DNA from: the human T2T-CHM13v2.0 reference genome, Homo sapiens | DNA: 64,000 nucleotides | Direction of reading: 5' to 3' | NCBI GenBank assembly: GCA_009914755.4 | Contig: CP068257.2 | Location: forward strand, 17,984,001 to 18,048,000 | Shown here: one piece after another, positions 29,343-42,833 of the stretch | How positions within the stretch are numbered: the first letter of the stretch is position 1 | Layout: every line of letters begins with the position of its first letter | The notes under the pieces: generated by a model | Databases searched by the model: none | Told to the model about the DNA's origin: nothing | Seen by the model: the letters and a program-made list of their open reading frames with translations, nothing else | Translations under genes and position numbers: made by a program

Positions 29343-31255
29343 TCATGTTTAGGAGTTATTGACTGACATTAAGAAAGCTTCACCCTTTCACTTGAATATA
29401 GGGTTCTAGCGGTGATGATCTTTATTAAACTCATGTTTGCAATCCCCAAAGAGTTTAGTGCAGTATCTTAGACACACCCAATAAATATTTGTGCAAATAA
29501 TCATATCAAGTGACTTTGTTTAATTTATGGTATCAGGACTCTTTTATAGTGATGTTTTATACAAGGCTTAATAATACGGTACCTAAAACAAATCAGAAGT
29601 ACGTTGAAGATGAAAAATATAAGTGATATAATTATTATAATATATGAATCCATATTTTTCTACCGTAATAGTAAAAGGTATACATTTAAAATTATAAATT
29701 TATAAAAATTGTAATATGAAAGTAGAAAGCATTTTTTATTTGCTAATCACAAAATGTTGTTAAAAATAGAAAGAGGGATGAAAGGTATTTGTTTTAATCA
29801 ACTAGCATCTCTGAATATAATTCAGTCAGTGCAATGCTATCTATCTGGAACATACTTTCATTCTTAAAATCATGAATCTCAATGCCTTAAATATTGTGAA
29901 TAATCCTTTTATTTAAACAGCTTGATAATTATCTCTGTTATCATAACAATAATAATGCAGTCTTTTATCTAGCCATAGTGTAAAATAATATTCTATACAT
30001 TAATGCAACTTAGAAAGCTATAAATTATTTTTGTTAATTTACTCACTGATTATTTCTATTACTCTCTGAAAGCCTATAATCTTAATCACGTAGCATTAAA
30101 TTCAAAAGAAGATTTGTTGATGATGAAAATGATTTAGATACAAACAAAAAACATTTTATATGATTAGTATGACTTTTCCAGGTCATCAATAAATAGTAAA
30201 ATACGTAATTTATTTTTTTGCTACATCATGTAGCTTATACAGTTTGCATTTTGCAATTATTCATCCCTCTTTAACCTGAGATTTAAAAGAAAATACACTC
30301 AACTCAGAGCTGGCCTGGCTACATTTCAGTCATTATCTTTGCAGAAAGAATACTTGGTTTACTGTGGTAATTAAAAGGCTGTCTTATGTATTTGGTCCAG
30401 TGAAATCAGTTTTAATACTAGCCTCTAGATATTAACACTTAACCACATAATTATAAAATCTTAGTGGTAAGGAGGAAAAGGTAACAAACAGGAATTAATT
30501 ACTCAGCCTCCTAGTTTCCAACCTCTTATCCTAGGACAGAAATTCATAATTCGATACTCTGTCATGAAAAAATACGAGTGACTATGGTTATGATGTCATT
30601 ACTGATTTTGGTTAAATACTTGTTTGCTTCTGGACTCTTTATTTTAATGCTTTCATTTTTTTCCGACTCAATAAAAACAAAAGTAGAATTATATCTCAAG
30701 TTATTGTTTGAATTTTCAGTAGTCTATAATAGCAATTCCAACTGCTGATTTCAACATAGCCAGCCCAGCATGGGCTTTCCTGCACCAGCTCCTGGCTTTT
30801 GAAGCAAAGCTAATTTCTCACACGTTCCTCTCCTGTGGGAAGGTAATTATATCAGAAATATGGGAGGTAGGGGGAAGGTCAGTGCTTGGTTTTTAAGATA
30901 TTTTGTGGTACTTTGGAAAAAATTATTTTAAAATATCACAATTTGTAAAACACACAAACTACTCCACTCCAGTCCAGTGGTACTGACCGATACATCTTCA
31001 TTCATTCATTCATCCATTTATTTATTTACTAAATAATTCTTGACTTGCAAATATGTTCCAAGTGTTTGGCTAGATGTGTAATAAGCACTGAGTTTGTACT
31101 ACTTGCCTGTGTAAAATGTATAATAGAGTGGGTATCTCAGGAAATAAGCAAACACACAAAAAAGTAAATAACTATAACATGCGACATGTTAGGAAGATAG
31201 AGAATACAGTTACAGAGAACAGTATGGAATATAACTTAATTTAAAAGTTCTTTTG

Positions 31256-31606
<351 letters not shown>

Positions 31607-34219
31607 CCAGAAGTTTCTTTAAAAGAAGTCACCTGTTTTAGTTTTTAGAAGGAAAGGAAAGAACCACATATATGAAGATAGTGTTATAGAAAAGAATCAT
31701 GAGTAAGTCAGGCTTTAACAGAGAAAGGGTCATTTGGAAGATTTGGGAAACAGAACACCAGTGTTCCTGGGGAAACATCCTGACTAAAGAGGAAAGAAAC
31801 TTTAAAGAAAGAAACTGTAATAGATAACTGGGGAACAAAATAGGCTATAGAACATAATGTAGATTTCATCTAAAGTATGATGCTGAGAGTTGAAGGGTTT
31901 TAAGCTAATTTTTTTTTTTTAAGTCTGGCGGTAGAATGAGTGGAGGGGGAAACAAGATTTGAGGGACCAGGCAGATATTGACTGCAATTGTAGAGAGAAG
32001 AATGCTATTTTCTTGAACTAGAGAAGGTGTCAATAATGATAAAGAAAGTGAATATATTTCTAGAAGGTTCTGGAGATATGTCATAAGACAGCATGTGAAT
32101 TGACCATGTTTTCCACATCTTTGACCAAGTATAATATTAAATAATATTTAGTATCTTGACATTTAATTTTACTAAAGATAATTCATGTGTTTGTGTTACA
32201 AGGATATTACAAAGGTGGGAAGGAGAGACTACGTTAAAAGAAAAGGTAAAGTGAAGGATATTGAAAAGCAAAAGCAAAGGAAGAAACTCATTCAAAAATA
32301 AGTTACAAAATAAGGCAAAATATTAGGTAAACTTAGACATATTTCATAAATCTTTTAAAATGAGAACAAACTTGAGAATACAGGGAAAGTGCTTTTGATG
32401 CATCTGTTGCTATTCACCTTCTCTTTCTCATTTAAATATACATTTCAAATAATGAAAACCTTTTGTGAATATACTATGTAGTATACTCATATTAATAAGT
32501 GATATATTTAAAAATTAATCCTTCTATATCCAAATAAATATACAACATCTAAACCTACTACCAATTTGTCACATAATGATGAGTAGAGAGCAATAAAATC
32601 AATGAAAAGAATTTTGTTGTGAATGATTTTTGTTGTGAATGATAAGCAAACATTGCATTCAATAAATCTGTATTTATAATGTGTTAAAAAATATCTATCA
32701 AGCTAAACTAATTCCCTCGTCACCTGAAAAGAGAGAAGACCAAGAAATGACTGATAGGCAACCAACAAGAATACCTGTGAAATGGAGACAAGAATGTTTG
32801 AGAACTGACTGACCATCCAGTGGCACCTGAGAAAAGGTAAGAATCAGAATGGCAGATTATCTGGTTGGCAAGAAATGTATAAAAAGGAAGCAAAACAGTA
32901 GAAAGTTTATAAGTAGTAGTACATGAATATGAGGTGAGCCCTGGTGGTGACAGAAAGAGGTAATTTTTGAAAAAAAAATTCTTCTGAATGAAAAGCCAGG
33001 TGTAGTTAGAAACCTACATGATGTCATTCTGGATCCTCAGAAATGCCTACATTTCACAATATATTTTCAACAATTTTCTAAAATATTAGAACTCCATCTA
33101 TTACTATTTATATATGAATATGAATACCTCTGGTATAACTATCTTATTGATCCATATTGGTCATTGGTATCTTACATCTATTCATTTTCCATACTATTCC
33201 ATGATAATACACAGAGAGAAGATTTAGAAAGGAGATTTTAAAGGCAAATATTATATAAGTCTTTCTTGGTACAAGTATTTGATAATGTAAAGTACAATTT
33301 ATTTGATAATATAAATGGTTATGTACTAAATCGCCCCCTAAGAAACTTCTTAGAATGACTTTTATAATTTATTTGTCCTAAAATCACATAATAATTTCTT
33401 AATGATTGGAGTTTGACAAATCCAAGTAGAGATTTAGTTTATTTCACTTAATAAGGGAAAAATGTCTTTGAATTAATTTATAATTATGATTGTTGGTAAT
33501 CTTTGTCCCTCTGCATATCTACATGGGATGTATGATAAAATTGTAATAAACAAATGTCATTCAATTAAGAATATTAGAAAAATAATAAAAATATTTTGTT
33601 TAAGATATAAATATAACTATTGGACTGCAACTTTATTAACCAGCATTGCCTTATGTAATCAGCAGTCTTTTACTTTTGCATATACTGAAATACTGTATAA
33701 TATTTTGGCCTTTTTTCAGGATATGTCAATGTTATCTAATCCTGGATCATGTTATGCAAAATTCTAAGATGAATCTGAAGACACCTGCTTTATGGTTTGC
33801 AAACATTGTACAAATTCCTCCTCTTGTATGTGTTGTGGTCTGTGCATAAGATGGATTTTATAACTATAATTAGGCTGCATTATATGACAAAGGTAAAATG
33901 ATCTTGCAGATGCAATTGAGGTTCCAAATCATTTGGTTTTCAGTTAATAAAAAAAGGAATTATTTCAGTGGGCTTGAATTAGTCATGTGTAGACTCTAAA
34001 AAGAAAGAGACATGGAATGTGAGAAAAATTCAATTCCGTTGCTGGTTAAGACAGCAGGTGGCCTCTAGGATTGAAGAGTGGACCCTGGCCAATAGCTGGA
34101 AACAAAACAGGGGCCTGACTTGTAAAAACAGAGGATTGAATTCTGTCAAAAACCACATAAGCCTTAAAACACTATCCCAAGCTCCACAAAGGAAGGCAGC
34201 ACAACCAACAATTTTTTGA

Positions 34220-34345
34220 GGCCGAATCTCTCTACCTTGCCCAGATTGGTCTTGAACCCCTGGGTGCAAGTGATCTTCTAAGCACAAGTGATTTCCTCTT
34301 CCCCCACTTCAGCCTCCTGAGTAGCTGTAATTACAGACACATCAC
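34220..34345 (-). mobile_element. Partial old Alu/FLAM-like fragment
   Basis: ttgcccagattggtcttgaacccctgggtgcaagtgatcttc...cacttcagcctcctgagtagctgtaattacagacacatcaccaaacctagct resembles the reverse complement of an Alu right-arm/left-arm junction. It is heavily diverged. Confidence 0.45.
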
Positions 34346-35639
34346 CAAACCTAGCTAAAGCCATCATCTTGATTTCAGCTTTGATGTGCTCTTGAGCACA
34401 GGGTCAAGCTAATCTATGCTCAGACACTTGACTAGTGGAAATTATTAGATAGAAAATGGGTGTTATGCCAATTAGTTTGCGACAATTTATTACACAGCAA
34501 AAGAAAACTAATACAATGTCAAAAGTTATTTCTATCTGAATTCCAAATGTTAGAACTAGACTAGAAACCAAAATCATTTAAAATCCAAATTTGTCACATG
34601 TGATTAATAGTCCCATTTTACTGTCTGATATAAATGATGATGTATTTGTTTGTTAAATAAAAGATATGGACATCAGAAAGAATAATATTAACAAAGTTTG
34701 GGGGGCAATGAATTCAATTTTATATCAAGCAAGTTGAAGTAAATCTACTGTTGGGACCTAGATCTTGTGCACTCCTACTCATGCTGGTGACTGCAACATT
34801 CTACGACTTCACAACCTCTAGAGTTACTTCATTTTTTTTTTCTTTTAAGAAGCAACCATATTAAGTGACAGGATTACTTCTTAAAATACTTTATACTTCT
34901 AGACTTATATAATTTTAGATGGTGCACTGGCTGTTCATGTAAGTAAAAATAATTAACAAATTTTGCAAACTTCTAATTTTCTCAAATACAATTAATCCCT
35001 TTAGAAAAACTATTGCTTTGTTTTATCAAGAAAGCATGAGAGTACTAACAAAACATTTATAATAATGCTGAGTCTAATTCTTATAATCATGATTATGATC
35101 ATTTATTGGACTGTTATCACTAGCCAGATACTACGTAGAGTGTTATATGCATATTACTTTCTAAAATTTTCCCCATACAACAAATAATTGAGATTGCATC
35201 TATTCATACTCATTCCATTTTATATGGAAGGAACTGAGACCAGAAGCAGGGGAGATTGAGAGTTATTGTTCACTGGGTATAGAGATTTGGTTATGCAAGA
35301 CAAAAATAACAACATAACCAGTAAGCAATAAATTGAAGAAATAAAATTAACCTTTATCCATAGAGCTAAAACTTTTAACTACTGCACTATTTCAATTTAT
35401 TAGTACAGAATCATAGTGCTTACTTTTCAACCTACTCCAAACCCAAAACTCCTTCATATAGTCAATATTGTAATTGAGTGGAACTGCATTTAATGATGAA
35501 ATGTAAGTTTCTATTTGTTAAAACACATGCTTTTTCTGATGTAATATATTGTGAACATTTTCTCACTAGTCACATTATATTTCTCCACAATACTAAAGAT
35601 GGTAAAGTGTCTTTTCTGGTTTGAGTGCTTTTTTACTTT

Positions 35640-36560
35640 AATTTTTTTTTTGTCTAATTGCTCTAGGTAGGATTTCCAGTACTTTATTGAACATGTGAGT
35701 GAGCATCTTTACCATGTTTCTGATCTTAGAGAAAAAACTTTCACGTTTTCATTGTTGAGTATAATGTTAACTGTGGCTTTTTGTATATGGCCTTTATTAT
35801 ATTGAGATAATTTATTTCTATTCCTTGTGTTTTAGTATTTTTAATTCATGAAAAGATGTTGAATTTTGTCAGATGCTTTTTCTGCATCTATTGAGTTAAT
35901 CCTGTGTTTTAAAAGCTTCCATTCTGTTAATATAATATAGTGTATCCTATTGATTCATTTGTTTATGTTGGATCATCCTTGTCTCACAAAAATAAATGCC
36001 ACTTGGTCATGCCATGAGGTATTTTTACTGTGGTATTGAATTTGGTTTGTTAGTATTTTGTTGAGGATACAAGATTTTATATTTATATCTTGTAATTATA
36101 TCTTTGTCTGGCTTTGGTGTTGGTAATTCTGACCTCATAAAATGAGTTTGGAATTGTTTCTTCCCTTTACATTGTTTATAATAGTTTGAGAAGGAATAGT
36201 GTTAATTCTTATTTAAATATTTGATGGCATTCTTCAGGGAGGCTATCTAGACCATGACTTTTCTTCACTGGGAAGTTTTGGTGACGAATTCAATCTCCTA
36301 GCTAGCTATAGGTCTACTCTAATTTTCTCTTTTTTCATCATTAATTTTTGATAGGTTGTATGTTTTAAAAAATTTGTTCATTTTTTTCTGGGTTATGCAG
36401 TGTATTGGCATATAATTATTTATAATAATTCTCATTTTTATTCCTGTGGCATCAGTGTTAATGTCTCCTCTTTTATTACTGATTTTATTTGCATATTCAA
36501 TTTGAAAAGAATGTACATTCCGTAGTTGTTGGGTAGAATGTTCTGTAAAGCTCATCACTT
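35640..36560 (-). mobile_element. L1 LINE fragment, ORF2 region, antisense orientation (old L1M/L1P)
   Basis: ...tttgtcagatgctttttctgcatctattgagttaatcctgtgttttaaaagcttccattctgttaatataatatagtgtatcctattgattcatttgtttatgttggatcatccttgtctcac...gtttggaattgtttcttccctttacattgtttataatagtttgagaaggaatagtgttaattcttatttaaatatttgatgg matches the reverse complement of the L1 ORF2 RT-domain region. Confidence 0.6.
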
Positions 36561-36579
36561 AGGCACATATTCATCAAGT

Positions 36580-37555
36580 TATCTCAAGTCAAGACAAAGA
36601 AAAGAATCTTAAGAGCTGTGAGGCAAAAGCATCAGGTAGCCTATAAAGGAAAACCTATCAGATTAACAGCAGATTTCTCAGCAGAAACCCTACAAGCTCG
36701 AAGGGTTTGGGGTTCTATCTTTAGCCCCATTAAACAAAACAATTATCAGCCAAGAATTTTGTATCCAGCAAAACTAAGCTTCATAAATGAAGGAAAAAAT
36801 AACAGCCTTTTATAGACAAACAAATGCTGAGAGTTCATCACTACCAAGCCAGCACTACAAGAACTGCTAAAAGAACCTCTAAAATCTTGAAACATATCAT
36901 CAAAGTACACCAAAATAGAATCTCCTTAAAGCATAAATCTCATAGGACCCATAAAACAACAATACAATGAAACAAACAAACAAACAACAACAAGGTATTT
37001 AGGCAACAAATAGCATGATGAATAGAATAGCACCTCAAGTCTCAATACTGATATTGAATGTAAATGGCCTAAATGTTCCACTTAACAGATACAGAATGGC
37101 ACAATGGATAAGAATTCACCAATCAAAAAATCTGCTGTCTTCAAGAGGCTCATCTGGCATATAAGGACTCACATAAACTTAAGGTAAAGAAGTGGAAAAA
37201 GACATTGCATGCAAATGGATCCAAAAGCAAGCAGGAGTAGCTATTCTTATATCAGACCAAACAAACTTTAAAACAACAGTGGTTAGAAAAGACAAAGAGG
37301 GATATTATATAATGATAAAAGGACTAGTCCAACAGGAAAATATCATAACCCTAAATATATATGCACCTAACACCAGAGCTCTCAAATTTATAAAATGATT
37401 ACTACTAGACCTAAAAAATGAGATAGACAGCAACACAATAATAGTGGGGGACTTCAATACTCCACTGACAGCACTGGAGAGGTCATAAAGAAAGAAAGAC
37501 TACAAAGAAACAATGGACTTAAGCTATACCCTAGAACAAATGAACTTAAAAGATA
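36580..37555 (+). mobile_element. L1 LINE fragment: ORF1 C-terminus, inter-ORF spacer and ORF2 N-terminus (endonuclease), sense orientation
   Basis: Track ORFs 36618-36815 (RQKHQVAYKGKPIRLTADFSAETLQARRVWGSIFSPIKQNNYQPRILYPAKLSFINEG, the ORF1p C-terminus) and 37192-37398 (KQAGVAILISDQTNFKTTVVRKDKEGYYIMIKGLVQQENIITLNIYAPNTRA, the ORF2p EN domain). The order of features is canonical for L1. Confidence 0.8.
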
Positions 37556-38660
37556 TTTACATTTGTTTCTTTTTTAAATAAAGGTACTTACTGGTATAAA
37601 CTTTCATCTTAGTAGTGTTTTTGCTGCCTCCATAATTTTTGGTATATTGTAGTCTGTTTGATTATTTGTTTGTCACAAGACACTTTTGGTTTTCTTTTTG
37701 TTTTTGAACCTCTATGACAAAATTAAAAGCGATTTTTATAATGCTGATAGAGTATTACAGTATTCTAGACCTGTTGATATATTTACCTTTACCAGTAAGC
37801 TCTATTTTTCTTTTGCTTTCATGTTGCTGTCTACATTCCTTTTGTTTTAAACTGAAGTATTTCATTTAGAATTTTTTCTAAGGTAGATCTAGTGATGATA
37901 AAAATACTTCTGCTGTTTGGAAAAGTCTTTAATTCTTTCATTTTTGAAGGATACTTTTGCTGGATAAAGTATTCTTGACTGGCAGTGTTTTTTTTTTTTT
38001 CATTTGTTTGTTTTCATCACTTTGAATATGTCATTGTTCTGTTTTCTGGCCTGCAGAGTTTTCGCTGAGAAAACTGCTGATGGTATTATGGGGTATTTTT
38101 GTACATGATGATGTACATTTTCCTTGTTGCTTTCAACATTTTCATTTTCTTTGACTTTTGGCAATTTGATTATGTGTCTTAGTATAAACATTTTAGATTC
38201 ATTGTATTTGGAGTTTATTGTTTTACTTGAATCTGGGCATCTGTTTTCTTCCCCAGATCCAGAATTTTCCATTTATTTTCTTCAAGAAAGTTTTTTTTTC
38301 ACCATTCTCTCATTCTTCTGAGTCTCCCAGAATGTGTATATTAGTTTGCTTGATAGTGTACCAAAATCATCAGATGCTTTCCTTTGTCATCCTTACTTTT
38401 GTTTTCTTTTTCTTTTCTGGTTAAATTATTTCCAGTGATCTGACTTCAAATTTGCTAACCCTTTCTTCTGCCTGACCTTGTTTGTTGTGAAATTCCTCTA
38501 GTGAATTTTTCAGTTCAGTTAGTATATTCTTCAACTCTAGCAGTTATATTTGGTTCTTTTTATATTTTCTCTTTATTGACATTTTCAATTTGTACACATC
38601 ATTTTTATGACCTGGTTGAGTATCATTATGATGCCTATTTTTAATTATTTGCAAGTTAAT
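37556..38660 (-). mobile_element. L1 LINE fragment: inter-ORF/ORF1 region, antisense orientation, of a different (older) L1 subfamily
   Basis: The reverse complement of 37960-37990 reads ctgccagtcaagaatactttatccagcaaaagtatccttcaaaaatgaaag.. (ORF1 end). The antisense reading 37800-38660 follows L1 ORF1/5' body patterns (ttttgctggataaagtattcttgactggcag...gggtatttttgtacatgatgatgtacattttccttgttgctttcaacattttc...). Confidence 0.6.
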
Positions 38661-41600
38661 ACATGTATAAAGTTGAGTATCCCTTATCCCAAAATTTGAA
38701 ATCTGAAATGCTCCCAAATCTGAAATTTCTGAGGGCTGGCATGATACCACCAGTGGAAAATTCCACACCTAAAATCACATAATGGTTTGCAGATGCACAA
38801 TACAGAGTTTATTCAGTGTCCTCAAGAAAAAACAAACAAACAAAAATAAAAAATACCTCTCCAACCCCCTTAAGCTTCAGTATATCTTTTCCACAAATGC
38901 CCAGATTTCCACAAGCAAGAATAAGAAAAAGGTAATAAAATGTCATATGTGCAGGCTTCACATGCCAGTGGTGGGTTTCCCACAATGCCCTACCTGGGAC
39001 CAAGACGTATGTGCTTTATTTACTCTGTTTTTTTTTTTTTTTTTTTGAAGAATTTCCTATGCCAAGTGAAAAAAAAATGTCTAATCTCTTTACATATGTA
39101 AAAATATACGTTCAGAGTCTGTCAGTAAGCTAGAAGAAGTAGGTATTGAAGAAATTTTCAAATTCTATTCTTTATTCATTAACTGATAGCAAAATAGCCA
39201 AACTTGTTCTGAATCAAGGTGATCATGATAATAGTAATAATTCAAATGACATTGCTTGGGTAGCAGAAAGCAATGTCTACAGATAACATAGTGAAAACGT
39301 GATGGGCTTGTTGAAAGACTACAGCAGTGTGCATTCATAACAGAATAAGAAATTATGTCAGTTTGTAAAATCAAAGAAAGAATTTTAAGACAAAAATTTC
39401 TTAATGATTCAAATGACTTTTCAGTAAACATTTTTAAAAGCCGTCTTGCAGAATGCCTCCTTATCCCCCAGGGATTCACTTCCTGGTCTTTCAAAAGCTT
39501 CTGAACTTTCTTTTCACCTAAAAAAAGACGCAATGTATAGTAACCTTTTCATAGAGACAAAACATCATAGCTGAACACTAACATCCTGCCATTGTAGTTT
39601 GTGTTGTTTAAAAGCTAGTATATGTACTCTGATAATGCTGCTGTATTACTTAGTTACCTCGAATAACTTATTTTAATTGTATTAATGGTATTTTTATGTT
39701 AACTACTTGTATTTATTTGTACATTCTTGTACATATTTTTGTCATTAAGTACTTCTGTGCAAATGAGGGTAAGAAAATGACTGCTTATCATTTATATCTG
39801 AATTCAGAATCAAGAATCATGGTGATACCACACGAATCCAGATTATCTACATGCGTGGCTGAGATAAAGAAACTTTTGCTTTTTCATGGTTCAATGTACA
39901 CAAACACAAACCTTTTTATGCACCAAATTATTTAAAATATTGTATAAAGTTATTTGCAGGCTATGTGCATAAGGTGTATCTAAAACATAAATACATGTTG
40001 TGTTTAGATTTGGGTCCCATCCCTAAGACATCTCATTAATTATATTCAAATATTTCAAAATTTTAAGAAAATTCAAAGCACTTCCGGTCTCAAGCCTTTA
40101 ACATAAGGAATACTCAAACTGTAGATCTCTTTCTTCAGTGTTTGTTTTTGGAGATGTATTTTGTTTCTTTTTGTCATGTTTCCCTGTTTCTTTGTTCCTT
40201 GTAACTTTGTGTTGGCATTCACACATTTGAAAAACAGCTAAGTCTCTCAATCTATATAGACGAGCTTTGTACAGACTAAAGACATTTATCAATCAGCCCA
40301 GCTAGAGAGTCTGGGGGGCACTCAAGTTTCTGTGATACATCTTCTCTAGTTGTATGTGCAAATTCCCAGTTATAGGGGTCTGCCATTTTAGTTTTCAGGT
40401 GCTCATAATCTTTTGTGCCCACTGGTGTTTGTCTGTGGTGCACCAGACATTCTGGAGTTCTCACAGGTCATTTGCTCTCTTTTGTTCTCATAGGCCCCCA
40501 GGCTTCTAGAATACATTGAGTCCTATCAGTACTTTGAGTCCAGAAAGATAGAAGTTTGTACTTTGTGCAGCCCCCTGGACATCTTGGACATTGGACACAT
40601 GCTTTACTCTTCCCCCCTTTTAAGGAAGAGATTACTAAACTGTATTGTCTTCTGCCTACTGTGCTGTGGGTCTTCTGGAGCAGCAGCAAGACACTAACCT
40701 GTTTGCTCTCAGCATTTTCCAGGCATTTAGAATACGCCAGGTCTTGTCAGTGTTCTGACACAGGTGAGATGAAACCAGTCTCTTGGAGACCTCAAAAAGC
40801 CAGAATATCCAACCCTTTTCTTCCTTAATGAAAACTCAAGAGTTTTCTCCTCTTTTTTTTTCTACACTGAGCTAAGGGGACAGACTACGGTGAGAGGATG
40901 CATGCAGTGAAAAAAAAAAAAAAAGCCTTTGTCCTCAGTGTCTCTCAGTCTGTTGCCTTTCACTATCAGCTCTTTGAATGTGGTAAGATAAAAGCCAGTC
41001 CCTTGATCAGTCTTTCTGAATCGTCAGAATGTTGGAGATATGCTGCAGTCTTCTCTTTCTTTCTTTAGGGAGAAGCCAGGAGTAGAAGTCTCCTATGATC
41101 ACATGGGGCTGAACAAGAGACAGAACAAAGATAATTCAGTACCACAAATTTTCCTGCTACCTTTGATGCTGCTGGTTTTGAATCACCTGGGGTGCGGGAG
41201 ACTTTTAACCTTTAACTGTATTTCTCACAAAAGAAATTGATTCATGCATTGTTGTTGAGTCTTTGTCTCCATGGGGGAAAGGAGAGACTCTATCCTTCTA
41301 TTCTGCCATCTTGCTGACATCAACGATCTGAAATTATTTTTGACTATACAGTGAAGAGATAGCTAATGAGAGTGTTTGGAAATATACATTAAGGGAGTAT
41401 GTTTCACATAAATATAACAAAATTATTAATGGAGTTACAAATTGAGCTGTCATTTTCATTTACAACTAATCTAATATTTATTTCATTTAAACATACAACT
41501 ATAAAGTGATGAATAATATCTTATTACTTTATTGTGATCCAAGTTTGAAATAATGGACCACAGAGCTTAGAGACTGAATATACAAATAAGCAATGACCAG

Positions 41601-42097
41601 ACTGCATATCACAATAAGCGCAAGAATGCAAACCACAACCTCTGCATCAACTGGCCCAGAATTGTCAGGACTTGGTCGTGACAGCGTATGACTGCTTACC
41701 TATTTTTCTCCCTGCTTCCAACTCATGACCAACCAAGTAAAATCAAATGTACTCCCAAAACCAACCACAGAATATGTCCTGCTGTTAGTTAGCTGAGTTT
41801 GAGCATCCTCATGACCTCTAATCAGAGTGTACCTGAAACCTTCTATTTGTTCACTATATAGCATTCTCACTCCCCTGCCTGCATTTGAATCTCTGTCACA
41901 CTCAAGCTTGCTGTAGGAAACTCTGAATAGGTTATGTTTGTTTATATTTGGGTAGTCTTCATATAGCATATTAGTAAAATTATTCTCAAGTATATAGTAA
42001 TCACACAGGCAGCTATCAGGACTAAATGGTAAATAGACAAGACACTTGAACAGATATTTTTCCTCAAAGATGTATAAATGACTGATAAACCCTTGAA

Positions 42098-42833
42098 GAT
42101 GCTCTAAATCACTAAACTTTAGAGAAATGCAAATCAAAGCCATGATGAAATATGACATCACAACTCTTAGGATGGATAACATTAAAAAAAAGACAGAAAA
42201 TAGCAAGTTTTGATAAGGATGTGAACAAATTGAAAACCTATGCATTAATAAGTGGCAGAACCATGGTGGAATACACTTTTTTAGCATTTCCTAAAAAATA
42301 AACACTTGTTATCATAATATCCATAAATTCCACTTATGTAATAAAAGACAAGAATTCAAACACACATTTGCACACTCATGTTCATAGCAACATTATTTTC
42401 AATAGCTAAAATGTAAAAGCTACCCAAGTGTCATAGATGGATGAATAAATCAACAAAATGTTGTCTATACATACAATGGAATATTATTTACCCCTAAAAG
42501 GAAGAAATACTCACAAAGGATCATTCATGCTACTACCTGTATGATCCTTGAAGATACTATGCTAAATAAAATAAGCCAGTCACAGAAGGGTGATTGTTGC
42601 AATTTTTTACTAATATGAAGTACCTAGAGTAGTCACATTCATCAAGGCAGAAATTAGAATGGTTGTTGCCTAAGGCTGGAGAGAACAAAGAGGGTTATTG
42701 TTTAAAGGGTACGAAGTTATTATTGGGAAAGATGAAAAAGTTCTAGAAATGGATGATGGTGATGGTTGCACATACATTTGAATTTACTGAATATCCCTGA
42801 ACCATACACATACAAATGATTAAAATAAAAAAT
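42098..42833 (+). mobile_element. Ancient L1M-type LINE 3'-end fragment
   Basis: gatgctctaaatcactaaactttagagaaatgcaaatcaaagccatgatgaaatatgacatcacaactcttaggatggataacattaaaaaaaagacagaaaatagcaagttttgataaggatgtgaacaaattgaaaacct (ORF2 C-term …CSTSLIIREMQIKTTMRYH… region) ...aatggaatattatttacccctaaaaggaagaaatactcacaaaggatcattcatgctac...ggttgttgcctaaggctggagagaacaaagagggttattgtttaaagggtacgaagtt...gtgatggttgcacatacatttgaatttactgaatatccctgaaccatacacataca. The long minus-strand track ORF 41700-42287 partly overlaps this and is spurious. Confidence 0.65.

Noticed and set aside
38672-38770. Short element gagtatcccttatcccaaaatttgaaatctgaaatgctcccaaatctgaaatttctgagggctggcatgataccaccagtggaaaattcc, which resembles a DNA-transposon/MITE terminal region I half-remember
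   Set aside because: I could not recall the family with confidence (possibly a MER/Tigger-type MITE), so no feature call was made. RepeatMasker should resolve it.
41700-42287. The longest track ORF (195 aa, minus strand) as a candidate CDS
   Set aside because: It runs antisense across an L1M ORF2/3'-end fragment plus AT-rich unique sequence. Its composition is low-complexity (Leu/Phe/Ile-rich), as expected for AT-rich non-coding DNA.
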